Shown here: piece by piece, positions 9,313 through 17,706 of the stretch
Position numbering within the stretch: the stretch's first letter is position 1
Layout of the letters: each line of letters opens with the position of its first letter
Source of the DNA: Spirochaetia bacterium
GTDB lineage: Bacteria > Spirochaetota > Spirochaetia > SZUA-6 > Bin103
Length of the DNA: 64,000 nt
Direction of reading: 5' to 3'
NCBI GenBank assembly: GCA_965203055.1
Contig: OZ241863.1
Coordinates: forward strand, 1,664,001 to 1,728,000
Notes under the pieces: generated by a model
What the model was told of the DNA's origin: nothing
Databases searched by the model: none
The model's input: only the letters and a program-made list of their open reading frames with translations
Position numbers and translations under genes: made by a program

Positions 9313-10542
9313 ATGGAGCAATCAACTACGAGCAGCAGCGCAGTCGACCTGTTCCGCAAGGTGCGGTCCTTCGAGGAGCACAAGGCTGCCAAGATAGCGG
9401 CCATCGGCTTCTACCCCTACTACACCGCGATTCAGGAAAATCGCGGTTCGCGCGTCGTCATCGACGGCCGCGAGCTGATCATGATCGGGTCGAACAACTA
9501 CCTTGGCCTCTCCTGGGACCGGCGCGTCATCGAGGCGGCGATCGAGGCTACCCGCCGCTACGGCACCAGTTGCTCCGGGTCGCGCTTCCTCAACGGCACC
9601 CTGCGCCTCCACGAGGAGCTGGAAGAGGAGCTGGCGGACTTCGTGAGCAAGCCGGCCGCGCTGTGCTTCACCACCGGCTACCAGACCAACCTGGGCGCGC
9701 TGCAGGCGCTTGCCGGGCGCCGCGACCACGTGTTCTCCGACCGCCTCAATCACGGCTCGCTGGTGGACGGCATGCTGCTGGCCGCGGGCACCACCGGCGG
9801 CACCCGCATCCACCGCTACCACCACAACGATCTCGACGAGCTGGAGCGCCTGCTGCGCTCGGTGGAGGGCGGCGGCAAGCTGATCGTGACCGACGGGGTG
9901 TTTTCCATGGAAGGAGACATCGCCCCGTTGCCGGAGATCGGCGCGCTCGCGCGCCGTTACGGCGCCCGCCTGTACGTGGACGAAGCGCACGCGCTGGGGG
10001 TGATCGGCGCGACCGGGCGCGGTTCGCAGGAGCACTTCGACTGCCATGACGCCGCCGACTTGCTGATGTGCACCTTTTCCAAGTCGTTCGGAGCCGTCGG
10101 CGGCTTCATCGCCGGCGCCGCGGAGGTGGTCGACTACGTCAAGCACCACGCCCGTTCGTTCATCTTCAGCGCCAGCATGGCGCCGGGCACCATTGCCGCG
10201 GTGGCCGCGGCCCTGCGCATCATGAAGGAGGAACCGCAGCACGTGCAGCGCCTGCAGGCAATCGGCGCGCGCATGATCGGCGAGTTCAAGCGGCTGGGAT
10301 TCGACGTCGGGAAGACGGAGACCCCGATCGTGCCCCTCGTGATCGGCGACGACGTGCTCACCTTCCAGTATTACCGCGCCCTCCTGGAGCACGGGGTCTA
10401 CGCCAATCCCGTGGTGAGCCCGGCCGCCCCTCCCGGCGGGGCGCTGATTCGCACCTCCTACATGGCGATTCACAGCGACGACGAGTTGGACCGCGCCCTG
10501 GAAGTGTGCGCCACCCAGGCGCGGGCGCTGGGGATCATCTGA
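9313..10542 (+). CDS. PLP-dependent alpha-oxoamine synthase, serine palmitoyltransferase-like
   Basis: GFYPYY, GSNNYLGL, GSRFLNGT, DGVFSMEGD, DEAHALG and TFSKSFG motifs. Confidence 0.85.
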   Translation: MEQSTTSSSAVDLFRKVRSFEEHKAAKIAAIGFYPYYTAIQENRGSRVVIDGRELIMIGSNNYLGLSWDRRVIEAAIEATRRYGTSCSGSRFLNGTLRLHEELEEELADFVSKPAALCFTTGYQTNLGALQALAGRRDHVFSDRLNHGSLVDGMLLAAGTTGGTRIHRYHHNDLDELERLLRSVEGGGKLIVTDGVFSMEGDIAPLPEIGALARRYGARLYVDEAHALGVIGATGRGSQEHFDCHDAADLLMCTFSKSFGAVGGFIAGAAEVVDYVKHHARSFIFSASMAPGTIAAVAAALRIMKEEPQHVQRLQAIGARMIGEFKRLGFDVGKTETPIVPLVIGDDVLTFQYYRALLEHGVYANPVVSPAAPPGGALIRTSYMAIHSDDELDRALEVCATQARALGII

Positions 10543-10544
10543 CC

Positions 10545-10973
10545 ATGCCGCCGATCACCGAGCTGATTCCCCACCGCTACCCGTTTCTGCTGGTGGACCG
10601 CATCGAGCGGGCCGATGCCGAGGAAATCGTGGGCTACAAGCGGTTCACCGCCGACGAGCCGTTCTTCGCCGGGCACTTTCCCGGCTATCCGGTGGTGCCC
10701 GGGGTCCTGCTGGTGGAGTGCATGGCGCAGACCGGCGGCGCCGGAGTGGCCGCCATGGGCGGTCTCGACGAGGCGGGGGGTGAGCCCGGGGTGACCTTCC
10801 TGGCCAGCGTAGACAAGGCCCGGTTTCGCCGCCAGGTGCGCCCGGGCGACGAGGTGCGCGTCGTGGTCACCACCAGACGGCGCAGCCGCAATGCCATTCG
10901 GCAAAGCGGCAAGGTCTACCTGGGCGATCAGTTGGCAGCCGAGGCTGAGTGGCTTTGTCTGCGCGGAGCATGA
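10545..10973 (+). CDS. fabZ: 3-hydroxyacyl-ACP dehydratase
   Basis: IPHRYPFLLVD, FFAGHFPGYPVVPGVLLVE and FRRQVRPGD motifs. Confidence 0.93.
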   Translation: MPPITELIPHRYPFLLVDRIERADAEEIVGYKRFTADEPFFAGHFPGYPVVPGVLLVECMAQTGGAGVAAMGGLDEAGGEPGVTFLASVDKARFRRQVRPGDEVRVVVTTRRRSRNAIRQSGKVYLGDQLAAEAEWLCLRGA

Positions 10974-12889
10974 CCATGCAAGATCAAGATACCGTTTCGC
11001 AGCGCCTGCTGCGCGTCGCCGACGCTCACCGCGATGCCGTCGCGGTGCTCAGCAAGGACGCCGGCGATACCTTTCAACCGGCCAGCTACCGGGAGCTGCG
11101 GTCCGAGATTGCCGCGGTGGCGGCCGGACTGGCGGCCCACGGGGTGGCGCGCGGCGATCACGTCGGCCTGATCTGCGACACGCGCAAGGAGTGGCTGCTG
11201 GTCGATCAGGCGTTGCTCGGGCTGGGCGCGGTCGACGTGCCGCGCGGCAGCGACTCCACGGGCGATGAAATCGCCTACATCCTGGACCACGCCGACTGCA
11301 AGACCACCTGCGTCGAGAACGCCGCGCAGCTCGCCAAGTTGACCGGCATCAAGGAGCGCCTGCCGCAACTCGGCAGTGCCATCGTCCTGGACGCGGCGGA
11401 GCTCACCGCGGCCAATCGCGCCGCGGCCAAGTCCCGCGGGCTGCAGGTGGTCACCCTGGATGACCTGATCCGTTCCGGCGGCGGCGAGCAGGCGGAGGCG
11501 CTGTTCCGCGCCGAAGCGGCGCAGGGCAAGCCGGACGACGTGGCCACCATCATCTACACCTCGGGCACCACCGGCGAGCCCAAGGGGGTGATGCTCACCC
11601 ACGCCAACTTCATCTACCAGATCGACGCCATTCCCGACTCGGTGCCGATCGGGCGCGGCGACATGCTGCTGTCGGTGCTGCCGGTGTGGCATTCCTACGA
11701 ACGCATCATCGAGTACGCGGCGCTGTTTTCCGGCGCCGGAATCGCCTACTCGAAGCCGATCCGGGAGGTGATGCTGGCCGATCTGGTGGCCGCCAACCCG
11801 ACCTTCTTCCCTACCGTCCCGCGCATCTGGGAGGGGGTTCGCGCCGGCGTGTACCGCAACGTGGAGGCCGAGGGCGGCGTCAAGGCGGCGCTGTTCAAGT
11901 TCTTCATCGCGGTGGGAGCCGCCCACAGCGGGCTGCAGCGGCGGCTGCTAGGGCGAATGCCGTGTTTCACCGTGCGCCCGCGGGCGCTGGACGTGCTGGC
12001 CGCCGCGCTTCCGCTGGCCCTGCTGACGCCGCTGGCGCTGCTGGGCAAGGTACTGGTGTTCAGCAAGATCACCGCGCGCCTGGGAACCCGCTTCAAGGCC
12101 GGCATCTCCGGCGCGGGAGCGCTGCCGGGATACGTGGACGACTTCTTCGCCGCGGCCGGCATTCTGGTGCTGGAAGGCTACGGGCTTACCGAGGCGGCGC
12201 CGGTGGTGTCGGTGCGCAAGCTGGACCATCCGGTCAGCGGCACGGTGGGACCGCCGCTCACCGGCACCGAGGTGAAGGTGATCAAGGAGGACGGCGCGTC
12301 CGCGCTGCCGGGCGAACGCGGGGTGATCCACGTGCGCGGCCCGCAGGTGATGAAAGGGTATTACAAACGCCCGGGCGACACCGCGGCGGTGCTGTCCGCC
12401 GACGGCTGGTTGGACACCGGCGACATCGGCACCCTCACGGTGAACGGCGAAATCCAGATTACCGGACGGGCCAAGGACACCATCGTGCTCCTGGGCGGCG
12501 AGAACGTCGAGCCGGAGCCGATCGAGGACCTGGTGCGGCAGTCGGACTACATCGACCACGTCATGGTGGTGGGCCAGGATCAGCGGTTCCTCGGCGCCCT
12601 GGTGGTTCCCAATGCGGAAGCGGCCGCGGCCTACGCCGCCGAGCACGGCGGTTCCGGCGGCGACTTGGCCGCGCTGGCCGCCAGCCCCGAGGTGCAACGC
12701 CTGATTCAGAACGAGGTGCAGAGCCGCGTGAACGCTAGGAACGGATTCAAGAGCTTCGAACGCATCGCGCGCATCGCGCTCCTCGATCAGCCGTTCGCGG
12801 TCGGCGAGCAACTCACCCACACGCTGAAGATGCGCCGCCACGTAATCTCCGCCCAGTACGAGCAACGGATCGCCGGCTTGTTCAAGTGA
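10970..12889 (+). CDS. Long-chain fatty acid--CoA ligase (AMP-binding)
   Basis: IIYTSGTTGEPKG, EGYGLTE, GWLDTGD and GRAKD motifs; ATGA overlap with fabZ. Confidence 0.93.
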   Translation: MTMQDQDTVSQRLLRVADAHRDAVAVLSKDAGDTFQPASYRELRSEIAAVAAGLAAHGVARGDHVGLICDTRKEWLLVDQALLGLGAVDVPRGSDSTGDEIAYILDHADCKTTCVENAAQLAKLTGIKERLPQLGSAIVLDAAELTAANRAAAKSRGLQVVTLDDLIRSGGGEQAEALFRAEAAQGKPDDVATIIYTSGTTGEPKGVMLTHANFIYQIDAIPDSVPIGRGDMLLSVLPVWHSYERIIEYAALFSGAGIAYSKPIREVMLADLVAANPTFFPTVPRIWEGVRAGVYRNVEAEGGVKAALFKFFIAVGAAHSGLQRRLLGRMPCFTVRPRALDVLAAALPLALLTPLALLGKVLVFSKITARLGTRFKAGISGAGALPGYVDDFFAAAGILVLEGYGLTEAAPVVSVRKLDHPVSGTVGPPLTGTEVKVIKEDGASALPGERGVIHVRGPQVMKGYYKRPGDTAAVLSADGWLDTGDIGTLTVNGEIQITGRAKDTIVLLGGENVEPEPIEDLVRQSDYIDHVMVVGQDQRFLGALVVPNAEAAAAYAAEHGGSGGDLAALAASPEVQRLIQNEVQSRVNARNGFKSFERIARIALLDQPFAVGEQLTHTLKMRRHVISAQYEQRIAGLFK

Positions 12890-12911
12890 TGCCGCGCCGC
12901 GGAGACCCGGC

Positions 12912-14087
12912 GTGGCTCCGGTAGTAGTCTACCTCACCGGCTTCCGCCAGCACGCCGGCAAGACGGTCACCAGTCTCGGCATCATCTCGCAGCTCCGCAA
13001 GCACCTGGAGCCGAGCGAAATCGGCTACCTCAAGCCGGTCGGCCAGCAACTGGTCCGCGACGCCAAGGGCATCGTGGTGGACAAGGACGTGGAGCTGATC
13101 GGCGAATTCGCCCAACTGCCGGACCTGCCGCTGGCCAAGCTGTCTCCGGTGCGGTTTTCCGGGAACTTCACCCGCTCCTATCTCGACTCGCGGCATCGCG
13201 CGCGGCTCACCCGCGCCCTCTCCCTGGAAATCAACCGCTCCCTGGAACACCTCGCCGACCGGCGCATCGTCATCGCCGAAGGCTCGGGCCATCCCGGCGT
13301 GGGCAGCGTGGTCGGACTGTCCAACGCCGCGGTCGGCAAGCTGCTCGGCGCGGAGATCATCTTCGTCTCGGGCGGCGGCATCGGCCGCGCGCTGGATACC
13401 ATCGACGTGGACCTGACCTACTTCCTGCACCACGGCTGCCGGGTACGCGGTCTGCTGGTCAACAAGATCATCCCCGAGAAGGCCGCCCAGGTGCGCCGCT
13501 ACATTACCGAGGAGCTGATCAACGAGCGGTACGCCGCGGCCAACGGCTCCCCGTTGCACATCTTCGGCTACCTGCCGACGATTCCGGCCCTGCCGCGGCC
13601 CTCGATGCGGGTCATTCTCGGCGCCCTCCCCCACGTCGAGCCGTTGGGCGACTCCGAGGCGATCGCCTGGCGGCGCCCCTGCGCGGCGATCAAGCTGGTA
13701 TCCATACCGGCGCAGCATCTGAAGTCGCAGCTCCGCCACTACGTCGGCGCGGGAGACGTGCTGATCATCAGCGCCAGCTCCACGCCCCGCATCCACCAGA
13801 TCCTGGACTATCACGCCGCCATCCGGCATCGCGGCGGCATCGCCGGCCTGATCCTGACCTGCGGCGAAACCGAGCGGTTGGAGCCGGAGGTGCGTGACGC
13901 GCTGATTCGCGCCGGTCTGCCGACGCTGTACGTGCGGGAAGACTCCGCCGCCACCGAGGAGCGGTTGTTCCGGCTCTACGAGAACACCAAGCTGCAGGTC
14001 TACGACACCGGCAAGATCGAGGAAATCGAGCGCCTGTTCGAGGAGCACTTCGACATCGAGCGCTTCCTCGAACTGTTTCTGGGGTAA
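12912..14087 (+). CDS. BioD-like P-loop protein (N-terminal domain of phosphotransacetylase/DRTGG-associated family)
   Basis: QHAGKTVTSLG, GYLKPVGQ, AEGSGHPGVGSVVGLSNA and GGIGRALD motifs. Confidence 0.8.
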   Translation: MAPVVVYLTGFRQHAGKTVTSLGIISQLRKHLEPSEIGYLKPVGQQLVRDAKGIVVDKDVELIGEFAQLPDLPLAKLSPVRFSGNFTRSYLDSRHRARLTRALSLEINRSLEHLADRRIVIAEGSGHPGVGSVVGLSNAAVGKLLGAEIIFVSGGGIGRALDTIDVDLTYFLHHGCRVRGLLVNKIIPEKAAQVRRYITEELINERYAAANGSPLHIFGYLPTIPALPRPSMRVILGALPHVEPLGDSEAIAWRRPCAAIKLVSIPAQHLKSQLRHYVGAGDVLIISASSTPRIHQILDYHAAIRHRGGIAGLILTCGETERLEPEVRDALIRAGLPTLYVREDSAATEERLFRLYENTKLQVYDTGKIEEIERLFEEHFDIERFLELFLG

Positions 14088-14097
14088 GGCGGCCGCG

Positions 14098-14574
14098 TTA
14101 CCGCCCGGGCGCGCCGCCGCCGGAGGCCGCCAGCGCGGCGATGGCCTGGGCCGCGTCAGCGGCGCCGCGCAGCCGGTTCAGCGCGGCCTCGTCCCGGACC
14201 AGAACCGCGATGGCGGTGATCAGCTCCAGATGGGGTTCCGGCGGCTCGACCGGCGACAGCACCAGGAAGATCACGTTCACCACGAACTGCAGGGTCGCGC
14301 CAAGGTGCAGGGACCGGCCCGGCGCCAGCACCCCCAGCGCCGCCACCGGGTGATTCAACTCCTCCAGCCGGGTGTGGACGATGCCGGCGCCGTTCCCCAC
14401 CAGGGTGGCCCGCAACGCGGCCTCCTCGGTGAGCCGCGCCAGGATCCGTTCGGGAGCGCTGAGGCCGGCCGCGGCCACGAGCCGTTCGACCAGTTGACTC
14501 AAGGCATCGTCATCGCCGGCCGCCTCGAGCGGCACCAGGACGACCTCGGGCGTGAGCGTCCGCGACAGATCCAT
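14098..14574 (-). CDS. PTS EIIA (fructose/nitrogen type) domain protein
   Basis: TLVGNGAGIVHTR (phospho-His region), VIFLVLSP, HLELITAIA. Confidence 0.8.
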   Translation of the reverse strand: MDLSRTLTPEVVLVPLEAAGDDDALSQLVERLVAAAGLSAPERILARLTEEAALRATLVGNGAGIVHTRLEELNHPVAALGVLAPGRSLHLGATLQFVVNVIFLVLSPVEPPEPHLELITAIAVLVRDEAALNRLRGAADAAQAIAALAASGGGAPGR

Positions 14575-14897
14575 CAAGCCCCGCCGCGGAACAGACCGAA
14601 CGCGAACGCCTCTTCCAGCTCGTCGAGCGCCACCTGCCCGGCGGCGTCGGTCTCGATGAGCGTGGCCATGTAGGCCATCCACTCATCCAGAATCGGCGCC
14701 TGGCGACTCTTCAGCCAATCCTCCTCGGTGGGCGCGACCGCGTGGATGATGAGGCGGTCGCCGTAGCGGTAGATCGCCATGCTCACCTGATTGTCGGTCA
14801 TGCTGCGCGCCACCTCGGGCCACAGCTCGTCATGGGCGCGGCGGTACTCGGCGTAGGCGCCGGGCCGGAGCTTCATCGCCAGACCAAGGGAATACAT
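14574..14897 (-). CDS. L-rhamnose mutarotase family protein
   Basis: MKLRPGAYAEYRRAHDELWPE ... WMAYM ... LEEAF pattern. Confidence 0.85.
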   Translation of the reverse strand: MYSLGLAMKLRPGAYAEYRRAHDELWPEVARSMTDNQVSMAIYRYGDRLIIHAVAPTEEDWLKSRQAPILDEWMAYMATLIETDAAGQVALDELEEAFAFGLFRGGA

Positions 14898-14907
14898 GCG
14901 CGTCTCT

Positions 14908-16563
14908 TCATGGCAGATACAAGGCGATACCGTGCGGGCTTGTCAATCCCGTGGTCACCAGGTCCTCGACGCCGGAGCCGTCCAGGTTGGCGCGCCGGAT
15001 CTTTCGGGTGCCGGAGTCGGTCCAATACATCCGGCCGGCCGCAACGTCCAACTCGATGCTCTGCGGGTTCAGCAGTCCGGCCGTGACCAGGTCTTCCACT
15101 CCGGCGCCGTTCAGGTTGGCGCGCTGGATCTTGTCGGTCCGCCGGTCGGTCCAGTACATCTTGCCGGCGCGGAGGTCGAGCGCGATTCCCTGCGGATTCA
15201 CCAGTCCGCTGGTCACCAGGTCTTCCACTTCCGAGCCGTCCAGGTTGGCGCGGCGGATCCGCTTCGCGCCGGGGTCGGTCCAATACATCTTGCCGCCGGC
15301 AACGTCCAGCGCGATCTCCCGCGGCGCCACCAAACCGGTCGTCACCAGGTCTTCGACCCCGGAGCCGTCCAGATTGGCGCGCTGGATCTTGTCCGGCGCC
15401 GAGGAATGGTTCCCCGAGTCGGTCCAATAGATCTTGCCGCCGGCGGGGTCCAGCGCGATACCGCGGGCGCCCTCAAGTCCGCTCGCCACCACCTCGCGCG
15501 GCCCGGAACCATCGAGCCTGGCGCGGCGGATCGCTCCCCCACTCGCCCAATACATCGTGCCGCCGGCAACGTGGAGCGTGATTCCCCGCAACTCGACGCC
15601 GGCGGACACCAGCGACTCCACGCCGGAACCGTCCAGGTCGGCGCGCAGGATGCCCCGCTCCCAGTCGGTCCAGTACATCTTCCCGCCGGCGGCATCCAAC
15701 GCGATCTCATAGGGACGCGCCAAGCCGGCGGTGACCAGATCCTCGATCTCGGAACCATCCAGGTTGGCGCGCTGGATCCGCCGCGCGCCGCGGTCGGTCC
15801 AGTACATCTTGCCGCCCGCCGCGTCCACCGCGATCGAATCGCGATGCGAAGCCGAAGAGTCCGCAGTCACCAGGTCTTCGACTTCGGTGCCGTCCAGGTT
15901 GGCGCGCTGAATCTTGTCCGTCTGCCGGTCGGTCCAGTACATCTTGCCGGCCGCGGCGTCCAGCGCAATCCCGCGCGGATTCAACAGACCGGAGAACACC
16001 AAGTCTTCTACGTGGCTGCCGTCGAGGTTGGCGCGCTGAATCTTCTCCGTTCCCGCATCGGTCCAGTACACCTTGCCGCCGGCCAGGTCCAGCGCGATGC
16101 CATACGGATTCGACAACCCATCGGTCACCAGGTCTTCGACCGCGGAGCCGTCCAGGTTGGCGCGCTGAATCTTGTCCGCGCCATAGTCGGTCCAGTACAT
16201 CTTGCCGCCCGCCGCGTCGATGGCGATCCCGTTGGGGGACGAGCCGGTTACCAGCAGGTCTTCTATCCCGGAACCATCCAGATTGGCGCGCCGGATGCGG
16301 TCCGTCTCGGCGTCCGTCCAGTACATCTTCCCGCCGCCGACCGCCAGCGCGATCCCATACGGTTCCCCGACCATGGCCACGAGGTGTTCGACGCCGGTGC
16401 CGTCCAGCCGGGAGCGCTGGATGCGGTTCGTCCCGGCGTCCGTCCAATAGATCTTGCCCGCCGCGACCGCTCCGGGCGCCGGGGTCGAGATCATCCTCGC
16501 GCAGCCCACCGCAAGCAGGCCAAGACCGGCCGCCAGCAGGACCAGCACGCCACATCGGTACAT
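14908..16563 (-). CDS. Lipoprotein with 12 YWTD (LDL-receptor class B) repeats, probably two six-bladed beta-propellers
   Basis: Lipobox LAVGC; 12 x GK(M/I/V)YWTD...IQRANLDGS.VEDLV...P.GIALD, with one degenerate YWAS copy. Confidence 0.92.
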   Translation of the reverse strand: MYRCGVLVLLAAGLGLLAVGCARMISTPAPGAVAAGKIYWTDAGTNRIQRSRLDGTGVEHLVAMVGEPYGIALAVGGGKMYWTDAETDRIRRANLDGSGIEDLLVTGSSPNGIAIDAAGGKMYWTDYGADKIQRANLDGSAVEDLVTDGLSNPYGIALDLAGGKVYWTDAGTEKIQRANLDGSHVEDLVFSGLLNPRGIALDAAAGKMYWTDRQTDKIQRANLDGTEVEDLVTADSSASHRDSIAVDAAGGKMYWTDRGARRIQRANLDGSEIEDLVTAGLARPYEIALDAAGGKMYWTDWERGILRADLDGSGVESLVSAGVELRGITLHVAGGTMYWASGGAIRRARLDGSGPREVVASGLEGARGIALDPAGGKIYWTDSGNHSSAPDKIQRANLDGSGVEDLVTTGLVAPREIALDVAGGKMYWTDPGAKRIRRANLDGSEVEDLVTSGLVNPQGIALDLRAGKMYWTDRRTDKIQRANLNGAGVEDLVTAGLLNPQSIELDVAAGRMYWTDSGTRKIRRANLDGSGVEDLVTTGLTSPHGIALYLP

Positions 16564-16728
16564 GACGCGATACTACCTGGCCCCGCGCCCTTCCGCAACC
16601 GGACAGCTTTGTCGGCGCCGCGGCGAGCCGCACGGTTGGCTCAAGACAGCCCGCCGGCACCGGCAACGGCCAGTGTGGCCTCCGGTGGACACATTGATAC
16701 ACCGGGCGAACGATGCAATGATGTTGCC

Positions 16729-17697
16729 GTGGCCCGGCGAACGCCTTATACCAGACTCGAAAAGGAAGGTCAGTCCCGGCCACCTCACGTCCAGGGGCAA
16801 GGCGACGTCGTCTACAAGGGGTTTCAGTGCCTGAGCGGCGACTGCAAGGAATTCATCGTCGTTCGCGAAGACGAGATCGGACCGGACTTCGAGATCAGGT
16901 GTCAGACATGCGGATTCATGCACGGAGCCGGACGAGAAACCAGGTTCTTCAAGTACCGACTGGTCCATCGTAGTGACGATCGAGTAATCGAGGAAGGCGA
17001 CTTCGTCGTACTGCACGACGACTATATCCACGAAACGCAACGATTCAAGTACTGTCTGCTGTGCTACGCACTGAAGCCGCTCGAATTCTTCGACGTGCAC
17101 CGCGCACGTCGATCAGGCCGGCAGGGCGAGTGCCGGCTCTGCAAGACGCTCTACAATGGAATCAAGAACCAGTCTCGCGTCACCGACCAGCACCGTGAAG
17201 CGGCTCAACGGCGGCGTCTCTACCAGCGCTTGACGGGACGAACCGGCAACATCGACAGTGCCGCGATCTACAGGAAGTTCGGTGGCGCATGCTTCAATTG
17301 CGGGCGCCGACTGACCGACCGGAAAGAGATCAACCTGGACCATACCCTTCCCGCTCGCCTGCTCTGGCCACTCACTACCGACAATGCGACCTTGCTATGT
17401 TCCTCCTGCAACAATGAGAAGCACGATCGCTGGCCATCGGAGTTCTACGACATTCGACAACTCAAGCGTTTGGCGGCAATGACCGGTTATCCGTATGATC
17501 TGATCGCCAGCCAACCGACCGTGAACGAGGAATCCGTATTGAAGATACTCGAAGATACCGATGCATTCATCGAAGAATTTATCCGATATCCGAGCGAGAT
17601 CAAAGGAGTACGGCGTCTGATCCGTGAGTATGGGAATGTCGATATCTTCGAGCACGCCAGGCATGTTCCCGATTATCTCCGGGAACCGGACGAATAG
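16729..17697 (+). CDS. HNH/His-Me endonuclease with Cys zinc knuckles; probable type II restriction endonuclease
   Basis: CFNC...NLDHTLP...NATLLCSSCNNEKH plus extra CxxC pairs; convergent with a methyltransferase; GTG start inferred. Confidence 0.85.
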   Translation: MARRTPYTRLEKEGQSRPPHVQGQGDVVYKGFQCLSGDCKEFIVVREDEIGPDFEIRCQTCGFMHGAGRETRFFKYRLVHRSDDRVIEEGDFVVLHDDYIHETQRFKYCLLCYALKPLEFFDVHRARRSGRQGECRLCKTLYNGIKNQSRVTDQHREAAQRRRLYQRLTGRTGNIDSAAIYRKFGGACFNCGRRLTDRKEINLDHTLPARLLWPLTTDNATLLCSSCNNEKHDRWPSEFYDIRQLKRLAAMTGYPYDLIASQPTVNEESVLKILEDTDAFIEEFIRYPSEIKGVRRLIREYGNVDIFEHARHVPDYLREPDE

Positions 17698-17706
17698 GAT
17701 TCCGAG

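Noticed and set aside
14896..16728. 933-aa ORF 14896-17697 as one protein
   Set aside because: The first ~610 aa are the antisense shadow of the YWTD gene; only 16729-17697 looks like a real protein
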